Assembly: GCA_030704615.1 (NCBI GenBank)
Contig: CM060734.1
Span: 16,802,001 to 16,866,000 of the forward strand
Source: Takakia lepidozioides
Lineage: Eukaryota; Plantae; Bryophyta
DNA length: 64,000 bases
Direction: 5' to 3'
Position numbers and translations under genes: made by a program. Shown piece after piece: positions 1-12,690 of the stretch. The stretch's first letter is position 1, and each line of letters opens with the position of its first letter. The notes beneath the pieces were generated by a model, which was given only the letters and a program-made list of their open reading frames with translations, did not search any database and was not told where the DNA came from.

Positions 1-42
1 CTTTCGGACTCATCCTCCGATGACACATGTGCAATACCGCCC

Positions 43-3000
43 GTGGATCAGCCATGTCCACATGTAGAAGCAGATGTGGTGGAGATCACCAGTGTCATTA
101 AACTGAAAGCCATGGGTGGGATGGCAGGATTCAAGAGTGAGTTGAGGGGGATAGACTGGAGCACTTTCAATATTCAGAGGGTGGCATTCTTGCCGGAATC
201 TTTCGATGGTAATACTGTTTTCGAGCTGCCTCCTCCTGGTCGCGTGGGGGGCATTTCCAGTCTCCTGGAAGGAATGGACAAAAAGCACGATGGGCACCCT
301 TGGTGCTGCACAAAAACCTCCAATATTCACAACAACTACAACCTCATATTCAGGCGAACAGTCTGTAATGGGCACCTGAAATGCGAGAACATGAAATGCA
401 GACACTTCGCATTGTCAGGTGTGCAAAACCAAAGCGAATGGGATGGTGTCAGTGAGAATCCATTCAAGCCTGGGGTGACACCACCATACAGTAACACTTT
501 TGTGTGCAAGTTCTGTAGGGTACCACCTTGCTGCCTTGCTTTGTGTGGCGCCAGAATGTATTATGTGGTGCATCGATTCAAAACCCTGACTAGAGCCTGT
601 GTCCATTTCGGTTTTCATAACCACCCTGTGTCCAAGGGGGATTATAGGGAGAGCATTGACACAGTCTCGCGTCTGATAAGGCAAGAGTTGGATACCAATC
701 CAACTGGAACCACATCTCGCAATTGCCATGGGGGCGAGCAAGTCCTTTCTGGAAAGCCATATTCTGTGTGCATCAAATTCGGTTGGAGGAATACTGGAGG
801 GATCGGCTTTGGACACTGTTATGGACCATTTCTCAACTTTGACTTCTCCAAACATTAGGAATCAGGTGAACGCTTTAAGAATGGGCTCTGGGAGCCGAGG
901 TTATATGGACAATATTATGGATTTGAAGAAAATGAGCATGTATGACTACATCCAAGACAGCGTTTTTCCGGGACAAGGAGCCAGGAAAGTGTTCTTGTTC
1001 AAAATGTCCACAAAAGGTGAGGGCAGCGGGGTCAGCCTGGTTAAACGTATGCAGAAGGGTGGCGATCTTGGCAACTGCTTCCTTATGTTCGATCATGTCA
1101 AGAGGGTTAAAGACTGGACCACAATGGCATGTCATGTTTACGACCCTGTGTACCAGCGGGTCATGACAATTGCAGTGTGTGACATGCAGTCAGAGGACAC
1201 AGATTCACAACAGCTCATGTGGGAAGCTCTCATTCGAGTTATGGCCTCCAATGGTCTCCCATCTCCCAATTTCGTTGGTTTCATGGCCGATAGTGCTCAA
1301 GCTAACTTCAACGCTGTCCGCATTGTGTTCGGGACGGGAGACCCAAAAGTGCCAATGCCTGGAAGAGAACGTACATGTCTTTTCCATTGGACACAATCCC
1401 TGGACAAACACACAAAGACATACATCAAGCCAGATATGCAGACTATGCATCGCCAACTGTGCAACCAATACAAAGACGCCAAAACTATAGGGGGAGCGAA
1501 TACATTGTTCCAGACAATTCGTGCCTGGTGGTACTCATCTGGAGCGGCATCGGAGGACAGCATGAGGGCACTGCAAGACTGGTTCGCATTTTGGCACTTC
1601 CGTTACCGACAGTGGGGAGCGGCCATGACAACGGTGAGTGGTTTGTATTCACCTTCGTTTGGGTGCTTCGGATATATCTTTCAGGGTCCAATCCTAATAT
1701 CGGCTTTCTGTTTTTTTGCCTTGCAGCATATGTCCATTGAGGAGATGGCGGACATGCTTTCTTGCAATCTTGCAGAGACAGTGCACAATGCCTGGTTGCA
1801 GCAATCCGGCAAAAAAGGGAGAGATTTGTATGCGGCGACGGCCGATGACCTCATTCGTGCTCTGCAACAGCAAACCAGATATAGGTCATTCTTGAGGGGT
1901 GGCCTTGGTGGCAAAGGTCCGGACAAGAGCGAGTTGATGTTGCGGGCAGCTGGAAGATCAGGGGATCCCAGCAAAATAGCGCGGGCAGTGAGCATATGTG
2001 CAGATGGCACCCCTCTCGTGGGAAGAGTTCCCCATCTGGAAGGCGAAGAGAGATTCGGGTCTTGCAAACGGAAATTGGACACCCCTCCGGGATCGGATGC
2101 AGATTCCCATAGGGCGGACAGGGTGAACTTCTCGACGCCACGTGTTCCCTTGGATCAGAGATGGAATTGCGGAACATCCACAGGTGAAGGCTACTCTGCC
2201 CCAGACCGGACCCCTGCATCAAGCATTGTCACTGCAATGGTTGAAGACCAGAACGTGGTGCCGCATATAATCGAGTCCATGGGCTTGGACGAGGTTTGGC
2301 ATATAGAACGCACAAGTGCTGGATCTCGTGTGAAATGCGCGGCGATCAGGGCCACCAATCATGAAAAATGTACATCATTAATCTGCAGAGGGAAAGAACG
2401 CACTGCAGCTCCTACATTCACGGGTTTGTTTCTCCCTTACGGACAAGGCGAGGCAAAGAACCACCAACTCTGGTTCTGCGCTGACGATTGTGGGAGATGT
2501 GTGCATGGTACAGTGAGGCCTTCCGTGGTAAGGAAGCCTACTCCACCAATCGTGTGGCCTGTGAAGATGGGCACAGGTCTCACTCACCGAGAGATCGCAA
2601 TGCTGGAAGAGGCGGGTTTCTCCCTAGCCAGACATTCCATTGCACGTGAAGGTGCTTCAAGTGGAAGCGGTTCACGGGTACCTCCGCCTGACGCTCACTT
2701 GTGGCCAACCAGACGGAATGGGAAGCTGGTTCGACGATTCCCTCCATCCGCAGAACACTACGGCAAAATTGAGTCCTTTGAATGCTTCACGCTCGTGTTG
2801 CGGGAACAATGGAAGTGCCTGATCCAGGGTATGGTCGGGTCTTCACCATGATCTCATCCGCATCTACGCTGCAGGACAGGACGTACGAAATCACTGTTTC
2901 CAATTTTCCCAATTGTACATGTCCTGATTTTGTTGGTATGCTTTCAAGTAGTTTGGGAAAGAGAGGGAAGTTCATACCGTGCAAACACCTTTACTTCGTC

Positions 3001-3108
3001 TTCTTGAGAAAGATGGTTTGTGATCCAAAGCGCGACTTCTTCATTCACCAAGCCACTATGAGTTTCAACGAAGTCAACACACTTCTACAGCGGGATACAA
3101 GCCCATAA
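43..3108 (+). pseudogene. Mutator-like (MULE) DDE transposase with N-terminal GCM/WRKY-like Zn domain and C-terminal SWIM finger; frameshifted
   Basis: Three overlapping ORFs (43-858, 728-2851, 2782-3108) joined by frameshifts near 720 and 2780. MULE core FLMFDHVKR..GFMADSAQA..CLFHW..CNLAETVH; SWIM CTCPDF..PCKHLY; probable in-frame intron 1634-1726 (GTGAGT..TTGCAG). Confidence 0.8.
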
Positions 3109-3357
3109 AAATCTGTGTTTTCCTTGACTACAACTTGTAACGGAACGACTGTTCAAGTCCAGTGACTCTCAATGTATGTCGTCTAACATCTTTGCTATGC
3201 GTGGGTCAATTCGGGAATCTGGATGCGTGAGGTTCGGGGAATATTCTAGTAAAAAAAGTACCAGGTAAAATATTTCCACGTAAACAGCCACGTCGCCGAC
3301 ACGGTGGCGGTGGCAAAAAGGTGGACGCGTTGCCGAAGCAAGCGTAACTTATGGTGT

Positions 3358-3530
3358 CACTAAAAAAACCAGCGACCGCCATAATATGGCGGTCGCTTTA
3401 TTTTAAAAATATTAAAAAAACAAAAACCAGCGACCGCCATAATCTGGCGGTCGCTTAATTTTAAAAATATATAAAAAAAAAACCAGTGACCGCCATAATA
3501 TGGCGGTCGATTTATTTTTAAAATACAAAA
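3358..3530. repeat. Array of GCGACCGCCA-N-TGGCGGTCGC palindromes with A/T-rich spacers, beginning CACTA
   Basis: Three palindromic units directly visible; CACTAAAAAAACC at 3358. Confidence 0.85.
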
Positions 3531-4019
3531 ATATAAACGACCAAAAGAGAAGGGAGAGGGAGAATGAGAGAGAGGAAGTAGCGGGGAAGGGGAAGGAGAT
3601 GGTCGTGGAGAAGGGGAAGGAAAAGAAAAAGAAGAAGAAGAAGTCCTATGGAGAGGAAGGGGTGAGTGTGCATGCGGGGGAGGGCAGTGGGATAACAAAG
3701 GAGCAGGGGAAGGAGGCTACAAAGAAGGGAGAGGGTGGGAAGAAGAACATGGCCTTGGCGATAGTGGGTACCTCAATCCCATCCATCGGATGCTCGTACA
3801 CCCTCTTGTACACCTCCAATTTTGCTCGTACACCACTAATTTTGAGTTTATGATACTAACTCGACTTCCGTTTGCCACCATTTGTTTTTCCCTCATCGCA
3901 TCCAAGCCGGGTTTGGTGTGTTTGATGCCTACTTCGGTGCTACAGATGTTCGTATAATTTTTAGGAGTTTATTTGATATGTTTTTAATTTTAAAACAATT
4001 TGCAATGAATGATACACTA

Positions 4020-5830
4020 TTTGTAAGAACTCATTTTGGCCACCAAATTCAAAATTAGAGAACCTTGTAGCCATTTCAATGACATGGCCTTCTTCCTTTT
4101 CAGTAGCTAAACACTTTTGGTGAAAGGACTATGTTCAAATTTTGAGGTTGTCTCTTCCCATCCAAAGCACTACTTCCCATTTCGGATATGGCCGCGCCTC
4201 CCGATCATCAAAGCACATATGATATTTACCCACGAACAAAGGATAAAGCCAATTGAGTGGCATCTTGAGCTCCAGACGTGATTGTATCCATTGAACAATT
4301 TTATTGGGTCAGGAGTTTCCAATTCCATACCCTAGGTCCAACCTTCTCCTAAAACATTTGACCAAGAAGACGACTGCAACCATCTCGTCAACCTTTGCAC
4401 CACATTATTGTAGAAAAATATGTAAGCCACAGCAGGCAGATCAACTGTACTTCTCTCCTGAATCCTATGATAAGTGTTATGAATCATGGTTTGCAACAAG
4501 TGTGGAACTGCAATATCTTTCATCAATTGCACTGTAATGGTCTACCACCTTTGCAATTCCTCTTGTTTTGGTGGTGTCATCTCCTCCAGCTCATGTGTCC
4601 CTATTTGATGCACCCGGTTCGCTCTCAATCTTCTTGCTTCCAAGTTGCATTCGAACTCTCTGCAAGCATTTGCTCCTTCAACTGGATTAATCTCTCAGCC
4701 ATATCCAATAGGCTCTCATCTGCCTGAGATTTCAAACTCACTATCATCATCTGATACTCTCCTTCTCTCTCTTCTTTATATTTCTGGAACATGTCCCCCA
4801 TCTGCAGTATGTCTCTGATTTCTCTCACAGGCCTTAAGTCTTCCTCTCAGGTGCACAACCTCTTCACTCATTTCACCTCTACCCTCACCATCTAACTAGG
4901 CCTTATTACGCTGCTCCACCTCTTGATTGACAACTTGCAATTGCTTCTTGGCTTCCAACAATTCTTCCTGACACTTCTCTCGTTATGGTTCCAATTTTTG
5001 CAATTTTGCTACTTGCTTCTTCAAGTCCTCAACCTCCATCGATAATTTCTTTTGCTCCTCCTTGCATTGTACTATCTCCTCGCTGCTTCTATCAATTCTG
5101 CCTCTTTCTTCTTCATGATCAAATATGCCTGATGTAAGTAGTACACTGCGGAGTGATCTCCCTGTTGTGCTGCCTCTGCTAATTCATGTACGTAGACGGG
5201 GGTTGTCTCCCATTGAGATTAGATTTTGTGATGGTGACCCCGATATCTTCTATCCGTTGGCATCTCCTGGTCAAGTAACTGCTCATTCTCCTTTGTGAGA
5301 GCTCCTTCATGTACACTCTTAGAACATTTCCCTTTCTCAGTAACAGAGTTTGTCAGTGCGGCTTCTACTTCTTTTTCTGCCAATGGTTTCTGGATAGTCA
5401 TCTCGACTGATTTGACATTAGTATTCCCTCCACCACCAAAAATCTCCTTCTCTCCCAATGTTGTGATCCATAATTGCTTCTGTATAACCGCTGTTAGATA
5501 ACTGCTACACTGCAAAGGTACAATTTTGGGCGATCGTTTCCTCAAACCCAACTCCTCATGCATTCGGGCGGCAACAAAATTTGCCCACTTATACTTAATT
5601 CCCTGCATGGTTCCAATTGTAGCTTCCAACAGTTTAAGAGATAGATAAGAACCTTGCTGCTTCAGCGCCAACCGCTTGTTCATAAACCGCATCCACAACC
5701 TCATGTCAGGACTTATGGCATCTGCCACCTTCCAGCCATGCTCCTTCGTTCTTGACTTCTCTCCTCTTACAAAGTATTGCCCTGGATTCACCATCGTACA
5801 TTTCTCCATCTCTACTTCCAATGACGATAT
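4020..5830 (-). pseudogene. Degenerate TE-associated ORF with coiled-coil region, function unknown
   Basis: Successive minus-strand ORF pieces (5219-5872, 4625-4828, 4332-4532), E/K-rich heptad-like stretch, several stops; lies between two parts of the palindrome array. Confidence 0.4.
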
Positions 5831-5834
5831 AGGA

Positions 5835-6600
5835 ATGACGGTCGCTCTATTTAAGAAATTAAAAATATACAAGCAACCGCCAGTAATGGCGGTCGCTCTA
5901 TTTAAAAAAATAAAAAATAAAAGCGACCGAATAGCGGTCGCTCTATTTTAAAAAAATAAAAGTAAAAGCGACCGCTAATAATGGCGGTCGCTCTATTTAC
6001 AAAAATAAAATAAATAAATGACCGCCATTATTGGCGGTCGCTCTATTTAAAAATAAATAAATAAAAAGCAACTGCCACTAATGGCGGATGCTCTATTTAA
6101 AAATTAAACAATAAAAGCGACCGCCAGTAATGGCGGTCGCTCTATTTAAAAATATATAAAAGACAAGGGACAGCCAGTAATGGCAAATGACAGTAAAAAC
6201 GACCGCCATTACTGGTAGTCGCTGCATTTTAAAAAAACAAAAATATACAAGCGACCTCCATTACTGGCGGTTGCTCTATCTAGAAAAATAAAAAATAATA
6301 TCGACCGCCATTACTCGCGGTCGCTCTATTAAAAAATAAATAAAAACAAAAGCGACCGTCATTAATGGCGCTCGCTGCATTTACAAAAGAATTATATATA
6401 AGCGACCGCCAGTAATGGCGGTCGCTGCATTTATAAAAATAATAAAATAAAAGCGACCGCTAGTAATGGTGGTCGCTCCATTTAGAAACATAACAAATAA
6501 AAGCGACCGCGAGTAATGGCCATTTCAATAATAATATGATTACAAGGGACCGCCGATTCTTTTAATATAATAAAATATTTGGTTGCGACCGCCAATATCC
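5835..6600. repeat. Subterminal array of GCGACCGCCA..TGGCGGTCGC palindromes with A-rich spacers
   Basis: More than a dozen units of about 45 bp visible by eye. Confidence 0.9.
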
Positions 6601-7432
6601 ATTTTCAACCAAAAAAAACAATTCGATGCGGCCGCCATGACACCTATAACCGACAACCGACAATTTTCTGCAGAGTTGTACGCATTTGCACAATTGTTTC
6701 TCATTACAAAAGCAAAGCACCAGACACAAACATGAGCAAGTGACGATGTCTTCGCCGACATTTTGGGTGGTATACACATGGGCAACATCTTTTATTTCCC
6801 AAGACATACACAACACCAATACAAGTACTCATAGTGACAAGGAACACACAAGTATTGGTTCACTATAGAAATGTAAACATGTCCACAAAAATGTGCTCCT
6901 GGATGCCTAAAGTTGTTTGCTTCAATTCCTTCTGCTGCTTCGACGACGGGACGAAGAAGATCTTAATCTTGATACTCCGATGGGCTGATAATCCGAGTCT
7001 CCCTGGACTGCAGCACCATTGCCATTATCAGTGCTGGAATCGTCCTCCCTATCCGACCTCCCATGTTCAGGCCTTTGAACCTGTAAGGGACCTCGAACCA
7101 CATTTAGTTCTCTCTGAGGTCGATTCCCACTCCGGTCTTGAATACCATCCATGGTATCTGGCCTGTTTGTGGGCCGATCACCTACGAAAGGCTGGATTGT
7201 TCTCTGTCATTTATGGAGTTGGGACGCATTCAAAGGTGGTCTCGAAGGAGATCTCGGAGACGGCTGTGCCTGAGATGGACCGGCATTAGATGGTCCGACA
7301 TGTGAGGAACCACGGCTCTGTTGCGCAACACATCGGTTAAGGTGGAATTGTAGTGGCAGGTTGTCATCATCCGAGGCTTCAACTTCCGCCCAGTCCAATG
7401 CAGCAGAATGATACGTGCGTGTTGAAAATAGA

Positions 7433-9620
7433 TCAACCCTGTTGCTCCTTAATGCCCGCTGTGTTGATAGGGAGCTGGGCCGATTTCGGATTGTGGTGGA
7501 GCTGGTCGTATCGGTGAGGCATGTTCCCGTCCCATCGACTGTACAATGGGTTCGGCACCATCGTTTGTATGAACAGGATTGTGTACGTTGCTCGGTCATG
7601 GTAGTTCATCACCCATGAGCTCCATTTGGCCATTGTTAGTGGCTTCAGCGTGTACGGGGGAGGGGGGCGAGAGTCAACCCCGACTTCATTTTGAAGACCA
7701 TGTTCTGGGAAGGACACAATTGCAGCTTCACCCTCATCTGCGATATGTACTTCGTCAAGAAGGTTATCAAAGGTCGGGTGGATATAGGCATCGTCATCTG
7801 TGAACGTAAACGGGTCATACTCATTGTTGGGAGCATCATCAGACCCATCTCCACTATCGGAGGCAGATGAGTCCCTCGGAGACGCAATATCGTCACTCAT
7901 CGAATTTACCTCAGAAGCAGAGTCTTCGGAATGCAAGTTCCTCTTGTACCATGCTGCAGCATCATCCGCTGCCCTTTCACGTAACAGTCGACAATTGGTA
8001 TACACATACCAATTTGTCAACCCTCGCGGGATTCAACTTGTTGCGAATCTTGTTGTGAACAAATGAGTAACTGCTCCAATTGCGTTTGCAAGATGATGCA
8101 GAGCACATTTGGGCAAAAATACGTTTCGCAATGGGAGCCAATGTTCTTGCTCCAGCTCCAATCAAATATCCCACCATTCATGTGGCAACTTGTTGAGCTC
8201 TTTCGGATCCGGCATGTCCTCGAAAGGGTCGCGGCGATCTGAAAAGCATTGATAGCTCTCTCTCTGCCATGTTCAAAGGAGCTAGTCGCATGAGCACTCG
8301 TACGAGGGAAATCATCGTTGCGAATGGTGTTGCAAACCTTTCGACTTTTGCCCAATGAATTGGCTTTTCTTGAGTCCCACAACGTCCGTGTGTACGCCTC
8401 CCATTGAGGATCGATGACAGTGTGCTCGAGACTGCTCTTCACCGTCACCAACCGATCCACCATCAAGAAGTTATTGGCAAAACGAGTTTCGTCTGGATTT
8501 CGGAGGCTGTATTTTGGTTCTTGCCTCCTATATATTGCCAAAGGGATGTGGTGTGTGCGGATGAACGACACGACGGTCTTCGCTCGCCGCACAAGTTGTT
8601 TCACCCACTGGTTTTTTTCCCTAATCTTCCAAAAGGAGGTCAAGGATATGAGCTGCACAACCTTGGTAGTACATATGGGGATATCGTGCCAATAACATGT
8701 CTGCAGTGTTTCTCATGTTAGCGGCATTGTCCGTGCATATTTGCACCACTTCCGACCTGTTCGATGAAGTCCGTCAATAGCCCACATTGATAACGTCCAT
8801 ATTTTTTCTTGCCACTAGTGTCCACCGATCCCAAGAACTGTTCCCCAACTGGACATACGAGCATGACATTGAACAATGGTCTGTTTGTAACAGAACTCTA
8901 TCCATCGGCATATATAGTGCTTCTATATTTTCTCAGAGACTCGCCCGTCCCATCATTGACCTTTTGGGTAAGCTCTGTCATGGCGTCTTCTAGCAATCAT
9001 GTGAGGAGATTGTGATAAGAAGGAGGCATGTACGTGGATTTGAATTCCGAGGTTGCTCTAACGGCAGAAACAAATGCCGGAAGCCTTGCCACATGAAATG
9101 GTATGTTGGCCTCGAAGAAAAACTGCGCCCATTTTTTATCCAACTGCCTTTTCGCAGACAAGTTAAGGCCTTCCTACATGGATTGCTGTCGTAATCCTCT
9201 ACTCCATTGAAGTGTAGGGGTACAAAGAGGTGTTGAAGCAGGTGTTGCTCCGACACAACCCACTTGTCCAATGACACCTGAAGCCTCACAAGAGTCCCCT
9301 TGGGTACTCATCGGGGCATCCTGACGGGAAGATGAAGTGTTCTGCTCAGAGTCGTGTCCAAATCCAAAGACATTGGAATATTGCCTCCGCATTGGGCAAA
9401 ATGGCTTTTTACCCACATAGATGCTTTAGGGCATAAACCCACCCTATTGTTCTTCACACCTCTATAGCCGAGGTGAGCGAGTAGCCGATCCTTACGATAA
9501 GAAAGCTGCAGTCCACATAGGTTGCACCCAACAGTTTCAGTGGCACTGACACTGTTCAGGATTATCGTATACCAAGGGCTCCATTCATCCCTAATCTTTA
9601 CCCAATATCCACTCCCATGG
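7433..9620 (-). pseudogene. hAT-superfamily transposase (BED finger, DUF659 region, C-terminal dimerisation domain), decayed
   Basis: CNLCG..RLLAHLG..C (BED); VVQICTDNAANM and GCAAHILDLLLED (DUF659 region); PDETRFANNFLM; SASSCKRNWSSYSFVHNKIRNKL..DKLV (hAT dimerisation); multiple frameshifts. Confidence 0.88.
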
Positions 9621-9959
9621 GCCCTAGTGATGTAAGCAACAAAAAACAGTACCCTATATATGAACCTGTGAATGCAGAGTGCAATGCCACAACCCAACAC
9701 TTCTACACCTGTCACCAATCCAAATGGGTCGATGCACGTTGTAGTGTTGAGCTTATACACAATCTGCTGAAGTGGCTTTGGTGGAAGCCACAACGACAAA
9801 AGGTGCGTACCCTCCTCTTGGGCTACACTCTCGTTCAATGGAAAAGAACATCCAAAGCAACCTCAAGTGTTTGCACCCAAAAAAGTGAGGAGATTGGTGA
9901 CCCTCCTCCCTTATATATACTCCAAGAAGGATTAAAGTGAAATGAAAGTGAAATGACAA

Positions 9960-10406
9960 AATGACCGACCAATAGCGCCCACCCGAAAAAGGCGGTACAA
10001 CCATATTTGTTATAATTTTAAAATTAAGCGACCGTTCATACTGCGGTCGCTATTTTTATTTTTTATAAGACACAAGCGACCGCCAATATTACGACGGTCG
10101 CTTTTATTTCTTTTGATTTTGAGAAATATTGCTGTCACTTTTATTTTGTATATTTTTAAATTTAAGCGACCGCCCGTATGGCGGTCGCTATTATTTTTTA
10201 TTTCCAAATATAATGCGACCGCCGGTATTGCGGTAGCTTATATTTATTATGACGCTTATTTTTATTTTTTTTAAATGACACAAATATGGCGGTCGTTTCA
10301 TTTCTTTATATATTAAAAAATAAAGCGGCCGCCAAGATGGTGGTCGCTTTTATTCTTAATATTTTGAAAATACAGCGACCGCTAGTACGGCGGTCGCTTT
10401 GTAGTC
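9960..10406. repeat. Opposite subterminal palindrome array with T-rich spacers, inverted relative to 5835-6600
   Basis: Same GCGACCG..CGGTCGC core with complementary spacer bias; ends ..GGCGGTCGCTTTGTAGTC. Confidence 0.85.
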
Positions 10407-10852
10407 TCTCACCACTTATTCCGAAGTTGAGCACAACCTCATGAGTGCTGAATAGTATCATGCGGACTTCATTAGGGGCCATGATCCGGGGAGGGATTGT
10501 CTAAATACTTGGCAGATTTATTTTCTTTCATTCTTCTTCTTTCTGTTCTGTCTCTTCCGTGTTTTGTAGGTCTGTCCCTCATTTGCATGTTTGGTTTCAA
10601 AGGGGGTGTGATTCATAAGTACATTCGTCCACCCTTAACCCAATCCCTCGCTGGATAATCTGGCTTACAGTGAAAATCAACAAACCCAAATCAACAAATA
10701 TCAACAAACCCAAACCCAACAAATCTCAGTCCAAACCAGGTTGTGGTTAGATGTACCAATATCAGTTCCGTCAATCAACAGACTGACACTCTTATGAGTA
10801 CATTCTTTGAGCTACACCTTGCAAGGCCTGGACATACTCAGCCTTGACCTCT

Positions 10853-11530
10853 TCATTTTTGAATTTTTCTATGCGCCACTTTCAAATTAAAGTGTGCACA
10901 AAGTGAAAAGCTGATCCACACCATGTTGTCCTTCCCTCCCCGGCCCGTTTTGGTGTGATTTTGAATGCAAGCATTTGCTGTCTTCAAGTGGGTCTGCACT
11001 TTGGAGTACTGTTCTGTACTCCAGTAGGAGGTGAGGTTCTTCCAATGCTCATCAGACACGTCCATGGGTTTCCCCCCACCTGATAGCCATTCCTTGTGCA
11101 AGTCATGCCGTCGAGACTTCATAATTGTGCCTACTATGTTTCGCAAAGCAGTATCATCCAAGTCACGTGGAACATATAATTCAAATAGCTTGGCCAGGAT
11201 TTGTTTGAGCTCTTCAATAATCTCATCAGGCTGATGATTGATGGCTATAGAAGGATCACAGATATGATGAACGTGACCTTTGAGGGCCGCATGCCAAACA
11301 TTCCTCGTCTGACCAACTGGACGTCCTGCCTTGTTGACAACAACTATAGTTGCAAGAAGACCTTCTGCCTCTCTTTCTTCCTTCACTTTATATGTCGCGG
11401 CCTTCACAGCATAATTTGCTCGTCTTAAGGCATTGGTTCCGTCAGCCTTTGCTTGAGCCACATCCCCTGCAGGTTGAACCGCTGGCACCTGTGCGGGAAC
11501 GTTGAAGGGTTGATTCGGCCAACTACCCAT
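10853..11530 (-). pseudogene. CACTA (En/Spm) TnpA-like / Transposase_24 fragment
   Basis: GRPVG..KPMDVSDEHWKNLTSYWSTEQY..HTKTGRGG pattern typical of the Ptta/En/Spm second ORF. Confidence 0.7.
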
Positions 11531-12289
11531 CGGTTGCCATGGTGGTTGGGAACCACTCGAGGATCCATAGTGGTCATATGGGACCTGTGCATACGGCGGA
11601 GGATATTCAGGTGGCCTGCCACCTCCATAAGTAGGAGGAGGTGGGCGATATGAAGGAGGAGCATAAGGGCCATACTAGCCAGCTGCATAATTGTGTTGGG
11701 GGGGTGCGTACTATCCCTCCACATTGCCAGTGGGTGGATGCTGGTTGGGAGCCGGGTACTGAGGCATGGCGCGATATTGAGAGCCTGCTACTAGTGGCTG
11801 AGTATGGAAAACCTGGGGGGACTGAGGGCTGACTCCTGTGGCACTTTTCTGCTTCTGTTTTTGCTTGCCCTGGGTTTCCATACATGAAACACAATGCCAA
11901 GTAAATCCAACTACAAGGACCACACCATATCATGACATAAAGGTGTCATAAAGTATAAACAGTTGGCACAATTTGTATAGGTCTGATTACCCAAAAATCA
12001 GACAGATCTTGGCTAGAAAATTGGCCAAATTGGATTGGCTTTAATGATGTGCACCCAAGACTTTTCCGACCCTTTTTTTGTATGGGTTTTGCCTGAAATC
12101 CATACCAAACATGCAGTAGGGAGGGGCATACCTAAAAGCTGTGAGAAAAGATGGAATGTGCTCAACATATGAGACCTACTGCTTACATAGTTGTAAATAG
12201 TGCTATGGAATATGGGGGCCACATGGACATGGGTAATGGTGCAGCTCCTCCACTCGGAAAATGGACAGACCTAAATGCACAAGAATCGA

Positions 12290-12690
12290 TGGCACCATAC
12301 CAGCCCTTATGTTTCCACATAGTGCCAATGTGTTGATTGACAAAACTGATATTGGTACCTCTCACCACTTCCCTGGTTTGGACTGAGAACTGTTGGTGTT
12401 TTCCCGACACCAACAGATCTGTGGCACTCTTTAATTCAGAAGTGGCGCATAGGAAAATTCAAAAATGAAGAGGTCAAGGCCTGACTATGTCCAGGCCTTG
12501 CAAGGTGTAGCTCGAAGCTGCGTGGATCAGATTTTCACTGTAAGCCAGCTTATCCAGTGAGGGACTGGGTTTAGGGTGGGTGATGCCACCATACCAGCCC
12601 TTAACATTCCACAGAGTGCCAGTGTGTTGATTGACAGAACTGAGTTTGGTACCTCTAACCACTTCCTGGTTTGGATTGAGATCTGTTGGG
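12290..12690. repeat. Two diverged direct copies of a roughly 110-bp sequence
   Basis: CACCATACCAGCCCTTA..GTGTTGATTGACA..TGGTACCTCT..CTGTTGG at about 12293 and 12587. Confidence 0.7.

Noticed and set aside
3360-3853. Lys/Glu-rich and Pro/Ser-rich ORFs
   Set aside because: By-products of a purine-rich low-complexity tract.
5835-6600. CRISPR-like array of palindromic repeats with spacers
   Set aside because: Spacers are low-complexity A/T runs, repeats are degenerate, no cas genes, eukaryotic context; better explained as transposon subterminal repeats.
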